Assembly (NCBI GenBank): GCA_043228905.1
Contig: JBHGNT010000017.1
Coordinates: 12,896,001-12,960,000 of the forward strand
Direction: 5' to 3'
Source: Azolla caroliniana
Taxonomy: Eukaryota > Plantae > Polypodiophyta
Length of the DNA stretch: 64,000 nt
Below the pieces are notes generated by a model. It was not told the origin of the DNA and made no database searches. It saw only the letters and a program-made list of their open reading frames with translations. Every line of letters starts with the position of its first letter. Position 1 is the stretch's first letter. Below, one piece after another: positions 45,994-58,897 of this stretch. The translations under genes were made by a program, and so were the position numbers.

Positions 45994-48900
45994 GAGATAC
46001 AATGTTAGGATAGAAAGAGATAATTGTTAAGAAAGTATTCTATTGCAATATAAGATGGAGTACAAAGAGTAGACAGTAGGGAGCTATAGGATGGCATTGA
46101 ACCAATTTGGTTTTTGGAGGATTGATAGATCCCTATTTATAAGTCCCTATAGAGTAATATAGATTACTCTAGAATATTCTAGGACATTCTAGAATATAGA
46201 GTAATCTAGTAGTCTAGAAGGTCTAGAAGGTTCTAACATATAAAACACTCTAGGACATTTTAGAATATAAAGTAATATAGAATATTCTTATGATATTAGA
46301 TTATATGTTCTAAAAACCATACACATAAACATGTTACTACAATGGTTAAGGATTTGACATGTGTATAACAAGGTTGTGGGTTCAAATCCTTTCGAGGCAT
46401 GATGTGAGTGTCATCATGACACTATCCCCCTTCTTCGACAACACGTCTCACAGGTTGTAGGGCTTGTAGTATGACCTAGTTTATGAGGATAGTCAGGATG
46501 AAATGTGGTGACCATGTTTGTGGCATTGGAAAGATTTGTTGCATGAGGATAGTCAGGATGAAATGTGGTGACCATGTTCGTGGCATTGGAAAGATTTGTT
46601 GCAGGTTCCCAAGTTCGATAGTTAGAGGTATAGCCTACCTCAAATTCGGGTCCTTCCAAGAACTCAACAGGTGATGGGGGAGTTATAAGACAGCCCGGAA
46701 TTGAACTTGTGGCGTAAGGTTCCAAAAGGGAAACATGAAACACCGGATGAAGACGCTAGGAGGGAGGCCAAGACGAAATGCAACATCACTTATCTTACTA
46801 GTGATCATGTATGGGCCAAAACGTTGGTAATCCAATTTACCGCAAGGCGAACTAGTCTTGATGTTGTGTTGAAGAAGCCATACACGATCCCCAACACATA
46901 ATTGTTTTGAAGAATCTAAGCCATGACAATCCGCAAGCCTCTTGTGTGTAACTTGAGAATCATGTAAATTATGAAGAATGGTAGTGTGAATTTCTTGGAG
47001 GCGACTAAGACGATCCTCAGCAGTAGGGTTGGTAGGCACTTCTGGATGCGCATTCATTGTCCACCGAGGATGATGGCCTGTATTTGCAAAAAATGGGGAA
47101 TATCCCGTAGAAGAATGGATTGAGTTGTTGTAAGCAAATTCAGCCAAGTGCTGAAAATCAACCCAATCATCTTGTTGGTAGTTGATGAAACAACGAAGAT
47201 ATTGCTCCAATGTTTGGTTGGTATGCTCCATTTGGCCATTAGTCTCAAGATGTTTGCCCGAAGAAAGCTTAGCTGAAATTTGGAGAAGTTTGAGCGTGTG
47301 CTTCCAAAACTTTGAGATAAATTGTGGACCCCGATCACTAATAATATCATCTAGAAGACCATGGTGTTTAAATACCTCCCGCATAACTAGATCGACCACC
47401 TCTTGACTAGTAATAAACTTCGTGCATGGCAAGAAATGTGCCATTTTGGTAAGTCAATCAACCACTGTGAGAATTGCATTGCATACTCCAAAATGTCCAG
47501 CCATTGATGAGTCATGGCAGTGTTGTAAAACTTGTAGTTGCAGGGAACCATCAGGAACATACAATAGGTTTTGTCAAAATAGAAAACCACCATGCTAATA
47601 GAACTGACGATAATCATTACGAGGGTTTTTTGACTGCGAGCAAGAAGCATGATCTGGGACAATATGATCCAAAGCATCCTTGGCGAATTCATTAGTGGCC
47701 ATATGATCTCGAATGGAATCAAGAAGAGTGGAATCTTCAAGTGTTGTTATGGCATTAACTACCATTAATCGTAGGAGATTAGGACCCAAAAGGATTTGTT
47801 TTTTATGCTCAAACGCAGGTTCCCCTGGACAAAGTTCCATATAAGAGCGTCAAGAAAGCGCATCTGCTTTGCCTTGTTGCATCCCAAGGCGACATATGAT
47901 TACAAAGTCGAAGTGGGTCAAAAATTGTGCCCACCAAGCTTGTCGCCGACTCAAGACTCGAGCATTTTGAAAATATGTCAGGTTCTTATGATCATTGTAG
48001 ACAATGATCTACTGAAACGAGCCTTCTAGAAAATGTCGCGACTGTTGAAAAGAATCCATGATTGCAAGAAGTTCTTTGTCATGGATCTCATAGTTGATCT
48101 CTGTAGCTTCAAACTTTCGGGAATGAAAGGCGACAGGGTGTAGCTCTCCGTCATCTCCAGTCTGCGATAGGACACTTCTTAGTGCAAAATTGGATGCATC
48201 AGCTTCAAGGATGAAGCGTTTTGTTGGGTCGACATGTGCTAAAATAGTGCCGTTGTAAACGCCCATTTTAAACTTTCAAATGCCTCGGCTGCATCTGAAC
48301 TCCATATGAATGGTTGATTTTTGTGTGTGAGTTGAGTGAGCAGAAGCACGACCTTAGAATAATTTTTAATAAATTTTCGATAAAAGTTCGCAAACCTGAG
48401 AAAACATTGCACATTGCGCATTGAAACAGGCGTCAACCACTCTAAAATTGCTTGAACCTTCATGGGGTCCATAGAAATACCATCTGATGATACAACGTAC
48501 TCCAAAAATTCCACTTGATTTTGGCCGAAACTACACTTTTCTAATTTTGCGTAGAGACCATATTCTCGTAGTCGACGTAGTACCTGACGAACATGTTCAT
48601 CATGCTCCTCTTGGGTCTTCGAGTAGATCAAAATGTCATCTAGGTAAACTATAGTAAAGATATCGAGAAAATCTCAAAAAATATCATTCGCCATATGCTG
48701 GAAAACTGCAGGTGCATTCGTGAGACCGAATGGCATCACAGTATACTCGAAATGTCCATAGCGAGTGCGAAAAGCAGTCTTCCATTCATCCCCCGGACGA
48801 ATCCAAACTAGATTACATGCACCACGAAGGTCCAATTTAGTGAAATATTTTGCTCCACTAAGATGTTCCAAAATATTCGGGATTAATGGTAGAGCATATC

Positions 48901-51050
48901 TATTCCGGATGGTCACTTTGTTTAACCCTCGATAATCCACGACCAACCGAAGAGACCCATTCTTTTTCTTAACAAAGAAAATAGGTGCACCAGCAGGGGA
49001 CCTAGAATGCCGAATGAATCCATTTGTGAGATTCTTATCGATATGTTCCCGCAAAGTCTATAGCTCTACAGGGGAGAGATTATAAATTGGGCCCCATGGA
49101 GGTTCTTTCCCTGGTTGTAAATCAATAGGGCAGTTGTATGGCTGATGCTCTGGCATTGTATTGGCCTTCACCTTATCAAAGAAGTCGGAGAACTCTTTGT
49201 ATTTCTTTGGTAGTTTAATGTCCCCTTCATGTAAGGTGGATGATGGAGTTGCCACTATTGCAAATACGAACATATCCTCGGTCCCCCCTTCCTCACGTAA
49301 CTGGCGTAAAGAGATGATCGATAACTTATGGGATCTAGTATCAAATGTCGGAGAGTTGAGGGATGTGAGCTTTGTTCTTTCTTCTTGGGTCTCCTCAATT
49401 GTCCTTTTTATCCAATCAATCTTCGGGTTATGGAGTTCAAACCAAGGGAGACCTAGAACTATTGGGTGTTCCGGACGGGAAATAATGTTGAAAGAGATTA
49501 TGCTTGCCAAATCGCCAAGAACTATACAAATTGGCTCAGACTCCTCAACTATATCACCTGATGCTATGGGATGGCCATCAATGACTCCTACGGCTACTGG
49601 GTTCGGGAGTTTATTCAAAAGGATGTTTTGTGACAATGCAAATTCGCGATCCATGAAACAAGAGTTGGCTCCAGAATCTAGGAGGGCAGAGGCTAGGACT
49701 CGATGACATGTAGATGTGGTAAGCTCAACTTGTCCAGAAAAAACTCTACTCACTTGACTCGATGAAATGGAACCACGACTAGGAACTAACTCTACGTATC
49801 TAGGATGGTCCAACCAAATGGCTCCTATTTTGGCTGGACTTACTCATTTAACACATCCTCTAATGGGCCTCTAATTAACTCAAGACATCGAATCGATTCT
49901 CATGGCATGGACTATTAGGCTTATTAATGTTATTAGAAGTAATAATGGAACTTGAAGTAGGGATGTCATGTGCACTTACTTGGTATACTTGACGTCTAGG
50001 TTTATGTGGACAATTCACGGCTATATGTCCTGGACCGCCACAATATACGCATAGGCAGTGTGCTCGATGTCGTTGCTTCTCAGCATCTGATAAAGGCCCT
50101 CGACGTTGTGTTGTCTCTATTTCCATCGGAGTTGGGCCATCCCTTGTAATGGGTCTGGAAACTTGTGGAGGCGTTGCGATTACAGAAGCATACGTTTGTT
50201 CCGGTTGGCGACATAACATTTGTTGGCACTCAGAAAGTCGCTCAAATAGGCGATTATCACATCGCATGGCTCGACTAATGGTCTCTGTTAGAGACTTTTG
50301 ATCTTCATGGAAAGTAAGAAAAATATCTTTGACATCATTACGCAAACCTTGACGGAATTGATCCATTAAGGCCACCTCACCCCAAGGGATATCGCATGCC
50401 AAAAGACGGAAATCAGCTGCGTAAGCCGACGCGGGATGATCTCCTTGTCGGAGCTTTCAAATCTTGTTTATCACCGTCCTAGTGCTGTCGATGTCTTCGA
50501 AACTAGCTTGAAACTCCTTAACAAATGCTTCAAAATCCTCCAGCAACGGTGATTTCTTCTCGAGAAGTGGTGCAAACCATGTTAATGTTGTACCACATAG
50601 CAAGGTTCCCACTAATCCCACACGAGTAGCATCAGTTGGGTACCGATTGGGATGTAACTGAATAACCAAACAGACTTGATTCAAGAAGCCTCGAAATAAA
50701 GACCTCGTACCATCAAACTTGGCAGGGAGGCTAATCTTTGGTTCACGAGGGGAGTTTTGAGCCCCCAATGCTTGTTCCCATAATGACAATATAGTAGCCT
50801 CGAGTTGATGGACCCATTGTGATAACTCTTCATATTGTTGAGATTTTTCGGACTTGTCGTAGGTCGCCCAATGGCCTTTAATTTTCATGCTCTAATGCCA
50901 CAAATTTATTCGTGAGCATGTCGAGCTCAGAAAGAACATGCATGTATTCTTGTTTGCTCACGGACTCCATAACTTACGAGGAGAGAGGAGAAGAAAGAAG
51001 AGAACTTGTTGGAAGAGGGAGAAATAAAAAATTGGTTCAAACTGTCAAGA

Positions 51051-51088
<38 letters not shown>

Positions 51089-51551
51089 GAGATACAATGT
51101 TAGGATAGAAAGAGATAATTGTTAAGATAGAAAGAGAGAATTGTTAAGAAAGTATTGTATTGCAATATAAGATGGAGTACAAAGAGTAGACAGTAGGGAG
51201 CTATAGAATGGCGTTGAACCAATTTGGTTTTTGGAGGATTGATAGATCCCTATTTATAAGTCCCTATAGAGTAATATAGATTACTCTAGAATATTCTAGG
51301 ACATTCTAGAATACAGAGTAATCTAGTAGTCTAGAAGGTCTAGAAGATTCTAGCATATAGAACACTCTAGGACATTCTAGAATATAAAGTAATATAGAAT
51401 ATTCTTATGATATTAGATTATATATTCTAAAAACCATATACAAAAACATGTTACTACAATGGTTAAGAATTTGACATGTGTATAACAAGCTTGTATAACA
51501 AGGTTGTGGGTTCAAATCCTTTCCAGGCATGATGTGAGTGTCATCATGACA
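45938..51551 (-). mobile_element. Ty3/Gypsy chromovirus (Tcn1/Tf1-like), full length, decayed
   Basis: LTRs 45938-46421 and 51043-51551; TSD GGTAG; PPT 46422-46436. Gag (PAKFDG, CVYCGGPGHIAVNC), PR LLDSGA, RT ([19 protein letters not shown]), RH EADAS, INT and a chromodomain remnant (TWEP). Confidence 0.95.
51029..51040 (-). promoter_or_regulatory. Self-priming PBS of the chromovirus
   Basis: 12-nt perfect inverted match to 51214-51225 in the LTR, which lies ~26 nt downstream of minus-strand TATAAATA (51251-51258). No tRNA-type TGG PBS present. Confidence 0.8.
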
Positions 51552-53466
51552 GGTAGTAGTAGCCTGACCAAGTACCCCGACTCAACCCAATAGCCCAACC
51601 AAGTCAGGGCAATTAATAGCCCAACTCAAAGCAATGTTAGCATAAAAGGCCGACTCCTTCCACTTTGTATCCTAGTGTGAACACGTCTCATACCTAGGGC
51701 TTGAGTATATAAACCCAACCCTAACATTGTAATGTGTATCTTCTTGAGTCTTGGAGAGAAAGAGAGAGAATAAGAACTTCCATTGAGGATTGAATCTGAG
51801 TCTATTATACTGTTTCTTCTTCTTGTCACGTATCTGTGTTGTTTTCTATTCATCTCACTATAGGTTCTCATACATTCTTCCACATTTTGTTGGGAAATCG
51901 GTCCCTTCGAATGGGATCTGGTGATGAATGAAGAGGAACCGGAAGAGATCTGGAAACCGAAGGAGACCTAGTGAGAACCGGAAGAGAAGACATATTTGTA
52001 AATATGTTTTGAGTAAGCCTATTGAGGCTATATTTGTAAATAGCCCTAAGTTCATATAAGTATAAATATGACTTAGGGCAATCACTTTAGGTGATGTGGT
52101 CATAGTGTTGTAGTCATATTGTTGTATAGAGTGAGTGATAGAGAGAGAGTGAGTGAGTGAGATACATAACAGTTTCTGTTGTAACCGCCGCTTGGTGAAG
52201 AAACAAAACTCGAGGCCGTTGTTTCCGAGTCTCTGATTGTACCTTTCTCATATAGTGATAGTTTGGAGCCTGTGGGCTCCCGTGGTTTTTTCCTATTAGG
52301 GTTTTCCACGTAAACATCTTGTGTACTCTGTATTGTTCGTGTGTGTACGCGTGTTCACTCCCTACTTCCCATTTCCTGTGCGTGATTCTCATTGAAGTGA
52401 TTCAAGACTCGGTTGTGGTTGCGCAATATTCCACGCTATTCTCTATAATCTGGTATTAGAACGAACAACACAGGAAATGGAAGAGTCGTTCGACGGCATG
52501 TTCAAGCTCATCGGCTCCAACTACTCTGTGTGGAAGTCGAAGATGAGGGATATGCTGGTGGTTAAAGATCTTTGATTGCCGGTTCAGTTCGGGGACAAGA
52601 GACCAGATAAAATTGATGCCACAGTGTGGGAGGTGATGCACAAGAAGACGACGGCATACATCCGGTGCTTCATCGACATGAGCATGTACAACAACTTCAA
52701 TGAAGAGAGCAAGGCTCATGAACTCTGGGAGAAGATCGACATCATGTTCTAGAACAAGAATACCGTTAATCGGGTTTCGGTATTCCAGAAGCTAGAGAGG
52801 TTCCGGTACCAAGACGACTCCAGTATGGCGGAGCACATGAATGCCTTCTAGGGGTTGATACATCAAGCAACCTCATTGGAAGTACCTCTCGTCGATGAGG
52901 TACTTGCATTGCTCTTGCTCGGTTCCCTCCTGGATTGCTGGGAGACATTAGTTGTCACGTTGGGCAACGCCGGGCTGGAAGGAAAGCAGTTGTCCCTAGC
53001 AAGGGTAAAATCAAGCTTGCTAGATGAAGAGGCTCGCCAGAAGGACCGGGAGGCTGGAACCGATCCGAAGGCCTTGGTCACGGAAGATGACCACAATTGG
53101 GGAAGAGGCCGATATCGGAGTCCCCAAAACCGGGACAAATCAGGGACGAGGTCGAAGTCAAGGGGGAGGCCTACTTGCTTCTACTGTGGGAAGTTAGGAC
53201 ACTTCCAGAAGAACTATCAACATTTCCGGAAAGAGAAAGAAACCGGCACCGCCAATTTGAAGAAGAGTTCGGATTGAAACGGTTCGGACCGGAGAGGCCC
53301 GGATCGGAAAGGAACGTCGGCGATCGCGACAAGTGAAGAAGAACTGATGCTCATTATCGAGGAGAATGAGTTAAACCTTGTCGGCGACGAGACAACATGG
53401 GTTATCGATTCCGAAGCGTTGTTCCACCTGACACTGGATCGGAAATACTTCTCAACCTACACAGTC

Positions 53467-56400
53467 TGTAAGGAATAGACCCTTCTATTCACCTTCACCA
53501 CTCGGCCACAACCGAGAAATCGCGAATCAATGGAGCAGAAAGTAGGAACCACAAAGAGAAACAAAAAAAAGACGCGAGTACACCGGGATTAACGTGGAAA
53601 ACCCTAGACGGGAAAAACCACGGGAGTACAAGACTCCAAACCAACACTATACAGAGAAGTATACAATGGCGAGCTGCAAGGCGACGACCTTGAGCTCGCT
53701 TTCTTCGCCACAGGCGGCGGTATTACACAGAGGCGTCGACCTCTTCCTCTCTCACGCTCTATCTCTCTCACGGCTGCTCTCTCTTCACTCCTCTAAAGTG
53801 GAAAAAACAGAAAAATGAGAAGCAACAGTAAAACTGTTTGCCCTAAGTCATATTTATACACATATGACTTTCGGGCTATTTACAAATATAGCCTCAAGGG
53901 CTCTTGGCAAACATATTCACAAATATGTCTCCGCATCCGGATCTCTCTCCGGGTACATTCGTCATCCGGCTCCGTAACCGGGGTCTTCATCATCCGGCTC
54001 CGTAGCCGGGGTCTTCATCATCCGGCTCCGTAACCGGGGTCTTCATCATCCGGCTCCGTAACCGCAACCGGGCTTGCCGTCATTCATCTCCGGACATCCC
54101 ATCCGGAGGGACCGAAATCCCAACAAACTCCCCCTTCACTTCGGCATGGGATGTCTCTCCAACCCGATCCTCTTCCGGCATGCTTCCAGCTTGTCGGGTG
54201 TGAGCACCTTGGTCAGCATATCCGACCCGTTCTCGTCCATGTGGATCTTCGTCAGCACGAACTCCTCGTCTTCTATCCTCTCCCGGATCCAGTGGTATCT
54301 ACGCTGGATGTGTTTCGTCCGGGAATGGTAGGACGCGTTCTTCGCAAGGTGGATGGCACTCTGACTGTCGCAGTAGAGTCGGTACTCCTCCTGCTGGATA
54401 CCGAGCTCTCTAATGAAATCCTTCATCCATATTATTTCCTTGCCGGCTTCAACAGCCGCCATGTACTCCGCCTCCGTGGTTGACAACGCAACCGTCTTCT
54501 GCAGCCTCGACTGCCACGAAACAGCTCCACCTGCATACGTCATCACATACCCTGATGTGGACCGGCTGGTATCTGCATCAGCCGACATATCCGAATCGGT
54601 AAAGCCGTCGAATTCGGGTTTACCGGAGCCGAATCGGAGGCACACGTTTGCCGTGCCCTTCAGGTATCGGAGTATCCACTTGACCGCCTTCCAGTGCTCT
54701 TTGCCGGGATTGCTCATGTACCGGCTCACCACTCCAACTGCATATCCTATGTCCGGTCTTGTACACACCATTGCGTACATCAAGCTTCCGACGGCAGAGG
54801 CATATGGTACTTTCATCATGTCCTCCTTCTCAGCCTTTGTCTTGGGGCTTTGCTTGCTGGACAACCTGCAGTTTGCCGGTAGGGTTGACCCGACCGGTCT
54901 TGCTTCCGACATGTTGAACCGGTGAAGCACCTTTGTCACGTACTTCTCCTGTGACAGCCACAACTGCTTCTTCTTCCGGTCCCGGATGATGTGCATCCCT
55001 AGTATTTGCCTCGCCGGACCCAGGTCCTTCATTGAGAAGGTTCGGTGAAGTGCCTTCTTCAGCATCCATATCTTGACCTGGTCCCGTCCGACGATCAACA
55101 TGTCGTCCACGTACAGGAGGAGTATTAGAGAGTCTCCTCCTTCGAACTTCTTCACAAACACGCAGTGATCAGACTGCGTTTTGTGGTACCCTTCGTCGGT
55201 CATGAAGGAGTCGAACTTCCGGTACCATTGCCGGGGAGCCTGCTTCAGTCCGTAAAGGCTCTTCTTCAACCGGCATACCAGGTGCTCCTTCCCTTTCTTC
55301 TCGAATCCTTCCGGTTGCTGCATGTAGATCTCTTCTTCGAGGTCACCATGAAGGAATGCCGTCTTCACGTCCATCTGTTCTACCTCGAGGTCCATACTTG
55401 CCGCTATGCTCAGCACCATCCGGATGGAGGTCATCTTCACTACCGGGGCAAATATCTCGTCGAAGTCGACGCCCTTCTTCTGCTGGAACCCCTTCACCAC
55501 GATCCTGGCTTTGTATCTCGGGGGGTTTCCGGCATCTCCCGGTTTCAGCTTGAACACCCACTTGTTTCGAAGTGCCCGCTTTCCTTTCGGCAACTCCACA
55601 AGTTCATATGTGTGGTTCTCATGCAGGGAATCCATCTCCTCCTGCATGGCACTTAACCACCTGCGGCTATGGGTGTCAAGCTTTGCTTCTTCAAAACTCT
55701 CTGGCTCCCCCTCGTCGGTCAGCAGCACGTGCTCAGGTTCCGGAAATCTCCGGGGGGCCCTTCTCTCTCTTAGAGGATATCTCCGTTCCGGAGCTTCGGT
55801 AACCGGCTCCTCCGTTTCCTCTTCATCCGAATCCATTTCGGGATCGGGGCCGGTTCCGGTATCAGTTTCATCTTCCTCGGCCGGTTCTGTTTCTTCACCG
55901 TCTTCGGCCGGATCCTCGAGTGCTAACCGGTCCCTTGCCGGTCGGGACTGCTCCTTGTAGAGTTTATCCTCACCGGTCGACTTGGAGCTCTTCATCTTCT
56001 TCTCCGACTCCCAGTCGGCGAGTGTCTTGTCCTCCATGAAGATGATATCTCGACTCCTGAATATCTTCTTGTCGACCGGGTCCCATACTCGGTAGCCGAA
56101 CTCATCGTCGCCGTAACCGAGGAATATGCATGGCCGGGTCTTTGGATCCAACTTTCCTCTCCGGTCCTTTGCCACATGCACGTATGCGAGACACCCGAAC
56201 ACCTTCAGATGCCGGTAGGACACTTCCTTACCGGTCCACACTTTCTGCGGCGTGTCTCCGTCCAAAGGTACTGAGGGTGATCTATTTATCACATACGTCG
56301 CCGTCGACATTGCCTCAGCCCAAAATCCCTTGGGTAATTTCGCATGCGCCAGCATACTCCGGACCCTCTCCATTATGGTCCGGTTCATCCTCTCGGCCAG

Positions 56401-58897
56401 CCCGTTCAGTTCCGGCGTCTTCGGCACAATAAACTCGAGCCGGATTCCCTTCGAGTGACAGTACTCCTGGAACTGCCCCCGGTATTCCCCTCCGTTATCC
56501 GCTCGTATCGCTTTCAGCTTCTTGCCGGATTCCCTTTCCACTCTCGCGTGGAGTTCTTTGAAGACGGACAACACTTGGTCCTTTGTCTTCAACGGCGCCG
56601 TCCACAGCTTCCGGCTGTGATCATCAATGAAAGTCACGAAGTACTGGGCTCCGCCATGTGACTTCGTTTCTACCTGACACACATCCGTGTGCACCAACTC
56701 CAATGGTGCGCTACGTCTCGTCGGTGGCCTTGAGTGGAAGGAGGTTCGGTTCTGCTTACCGGCCAGGCAATCGGTGCACTTCTCCAGATGCACATGCTTC
56801 ACTGGAATGAGGTTGTCTTCTGCAAGCCTCTTCATCCCCTTCTCGCTCATGTGGCACAGTCTCTTGTGCCACAGCTCACCGGCAGTGTCGGCTGCCACGT
56901 TCAGCTCCTCCGGACAGAGCCGGGAATTCATCAGGTACAGGGTGTTGACCTTCCGGGCCCGAGCCACTATCAGGCTCCCCTTGCTGAACTTCATGACACC
57001 GTTCCGGATGCTACCCGTGTAGCCTTCATCATCTAGCCTCCCGGCCGAGATCAGGTTCAATCGGACCTCCGGAACGTGTCGCACATCCTTCAACAGCATC
57101 TTGCATCCGGTTGATGTCAACAGCCACACGTCTCCTATGCCGGCAATCCGGCATGTGCCTTCATTTCCCATCCGGACACAGCCGTGCTCACCGGCTGTGT
57201 AGGATGAGAAGTATTTCTTCTCCGGGGTCAGGTGGAACGACGCTCCGGAATCGACCACCCAGGTCATCTCTTCACCGGCAAGGTTCAGCTCCCTCTCTTC
57301 GGTAATAAGCATTATCTCTTCTTCACTTGCCGCGAGTGCCGTCGTTCCTTTCCGGTCCTGCCCTCGCCGATCCGGACCTCTCCGGTCCGTGGCTCCCCGG
57401 TATGCACCGTTTCTCTCCGGTGACTTCTTCGAATCGGTGTCGTCGGCTCCGTTGTCCTTTCGGTAATGCCGACAATTCTTCCGGAAGTGCCCCGGCTTCC
57501 CACAGTGGAAGCATGTTGGCCTTCCTCTTGACTGCGACCGGGTCCCCGACTTCTCCCGTCTTTGCGGACTCCGGTTCCATTGTCTTCCCCGTTCCGATTC
57601 GGTAAACAACATCTTCGGGTCGGAGGCCGGTTCCTTATCTCTCCGACGCGCTTCTTCATTCAAAATACTTGTCTTTACCGTTTGTAAGGACAAGTTATCT
57701 TCGGTGCAGGAGGTGCTGAGAGTTACCACCAAGTTCTCCCAGCTTTCCGGCAATGTACACATCAGAATGATGGCTTGCATTGCGTCCTCCAGCGGGAACT
57801 TGATCGCCGCAAGCTGGTTCACGAATCCCATGAACGTGCTTACGTGTTCCACCATACTCTCGCCGTCCCGGTACTTGAGGTTCACTATCTTCCTCATCAG
57901 GGAGGTCCGGTTCAACGCATTCTTCCTCTCGTAGAGGCCCGACAGCTTCCGCCACATCTCATATGCGTTGGTGTCGTTCGCCACATGTTGTAGAACGCTC
58001 ACGTCAACGTATTGCCGAATGGTTGCAACGGCTTTCCGGTTCAGAAGCCTCCATTCCGACTCAAGTACCCCCTTCGGTATTTCCGACCTGTCGATCGGTT
58101 CGTACAGGTCCCGAACAATCAGAAGATCCTCCATCTTGATCTTCCAGTCGGCGTAATTCTGTGCATTCAGCACCATCATCCCCGGCTGCCCGTTGCCGCC
58201 GCCTTCCATTTTCTGCAACAGTCGCTCTGATACCAGTTTGTAAGGAATAGACCCTTCTATTCACCTTCACCACTCGGCCACAACCGAGAAATCGCGAATC
58301 AATGGAGCAGAAAGTAGGAACCACAAAGAGAAACAAAAAAAAGACGCGAGTACACCGGGATTAACGTGGAAAACCCTAGACGGGAAAAACCACGGGAGTA
58401 CAAGACTCCAAACCAACACTATACAGAGAAGTATACAATGGCGAGCTGCAAGGCGACGACCTTGAGCTCGCTTTCTTCGCCACAGGCGGCGGTATTACAC
58501 AGAGGCGTCGACCTCTTCCTCTCTCACGCTCTATCTCTCTCACGGCTGCTCTCTCTTCACTCCTCTAAAGTGGAAAAAACAGAAAAATGAGAAGCAACAG
58601 TAAAACTGTTTGCCCTAAGTCATATTTATACACATATGACTTTCGGGCTATTTACAAATATAGCCTCAAGGGCTCTTGGCAAACATATTCACAAATATGT
58701 CTCCGCATCCGGATCTCTCTCCGGGTACATTCGTCATCCGGCTCCGTAACCGGGGTCTTCATCATCCGGCTCTGTAGCCGGGGTCTTCATCATCCGGCTC
58801 CGTAACCGGGGTCTTCATCATCCGGCTCCGTAACCGCAACCGGGCTTGCCGTCATTCATCTCCGGACATCCCATCCGGAGGGACCGAAATCCCAACA
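53467..58897 (-). mobile_element. Ty1/Copia element E, intact and very young
   Basis: 659-bp LTRs 53467-54125 and 58239-58897 (one substitution seen). TSD CAGTC; PBS tRNA-iMet 58224-58235; PPT 54126-54136. Confidence 0.98.
54136..58209 (-). CDS. Copia gag-pol polyprotein of element E
   Basis: Uninterrupted ~1357-aa ORF with CFHCGKPGHFRKNC, VVDSGAS, HTDVC, RADNGGEY, YVDDML, FTDSD and KHIQRRYH. Confidence 0.97.
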   Translation of the reverse strand: MEGGGNGQPGMMVLNAQNYADWKIKMEDLLIVRDLYEPIDRSEIPKGVLESEWRLLNRKAVATIRQYVDVSVLQHVANDTNAYEMWRKLSGLYERKNALNRTSLMRKIVNLKYRDGESMVEHVSTFMGFVNQLAAIKFPLEDAMQAIILMCTLPESWENLVVTLSTSCTEDNLSLQTVKTSILNEEARRRDKEPASDPKMLFTESERGRQWNRSPQRREKSGTRSQSRGRPTCFHCGKPGHFRKNCRHYRKDNGADDTDSKKSPERNGAYRGATDRRGPDRRGQDRKGTTALAASEEEIMLITEERELNLAGEEMTWVVDSGASFHLTPEKKYFSSYTAGEHGCVRMGNEGTCRIAGIGDVWLLTSTGCKMLLKDVRHVPEVRLNLISAGRLDDEGYTGSIRNGVMKFSKGSLIVARARKVNTLYLMNSRLCPEELNVAADTAGELWHKRLCHMSEKGMKRLAEDNLIPVKHVHLEKCTDCLAGKQNRTSFHSRPPTRRSAPLELVHTDVCQVETKSHGGAQYFVTFIDDHSRKLWTAPLKTKDQVLSVFKELHARVERESGKKLKAIRADNGGEYRGQFQEYCHSKGIRLEFIVPKTPELNGLAERMNRTIMERVRSMLAHAKLPKGFWAEAMSTATYVINRSPSVPLDGDTPQKVWTGKEVSYRHLKVFGCLAYVHVAKDRRGKLDPKTRPCIFLGYGDDEFGYRVWDPVDKKIFRSRDIIFMEDKTLADWESEKKMKSSKSTGEDKLYKEQSRPARDRLALEDPAEDGEETEPAEEDETDTGTGPDPEMDSDEEETEEPVTEAPERRYPLRERRAPRRFPEPEHVLLTDEGEPESFEEAKLDTHSRRWLSAMQEEMDSLHENHTYELVELPKGKRALRNKWVFKLKPGDAGNPPRYKARIVVKGFQQKKGVDFDEIFAPVVKMTSIRMVLSIAASMDLEVEQMDVKTAFLHGDLEEEIYMQQPEGFEKKGKEHLVCRLKKSLYGLKQAPRQWYRKFDSFMTDEGYHKTQSDHCVFVKKFEGGDSLILLLYVDDMLIVGRDQVKIWMLKKALHRTFSMKDLGPARQILGMHIIRDRKKKQLWLSQEKYVTKVLHRFNMSEARPVGSTLPANCRLSSKQSPKTKAEKEDMMKVPYASAVGSLMYAMVCTRPDIGYAVGVVSRYMSNPGKEHWKAVKWILRYLKGTANVCLRFGSGKPEFDGFTDSDMSADADTSRSTSGYVMTYAGGAVSWQSRLQKTVALSTTEAEYMAAVEAGKEIIWMKDFIRELGIQQEEYRLYCDSQSAIHLAKNASYHSRTKHIQRRYHWIRERIEDEEFVLTKIHMDENGSDMLTKVLTPDKLEACRKRIGLERHPMPK

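Noticed and set aside
45907-51884. Possible old solo LTR hosting the chromovirus
   Set aside because: TATA and a CA end are suggestive, but I found no TSD or second copy.
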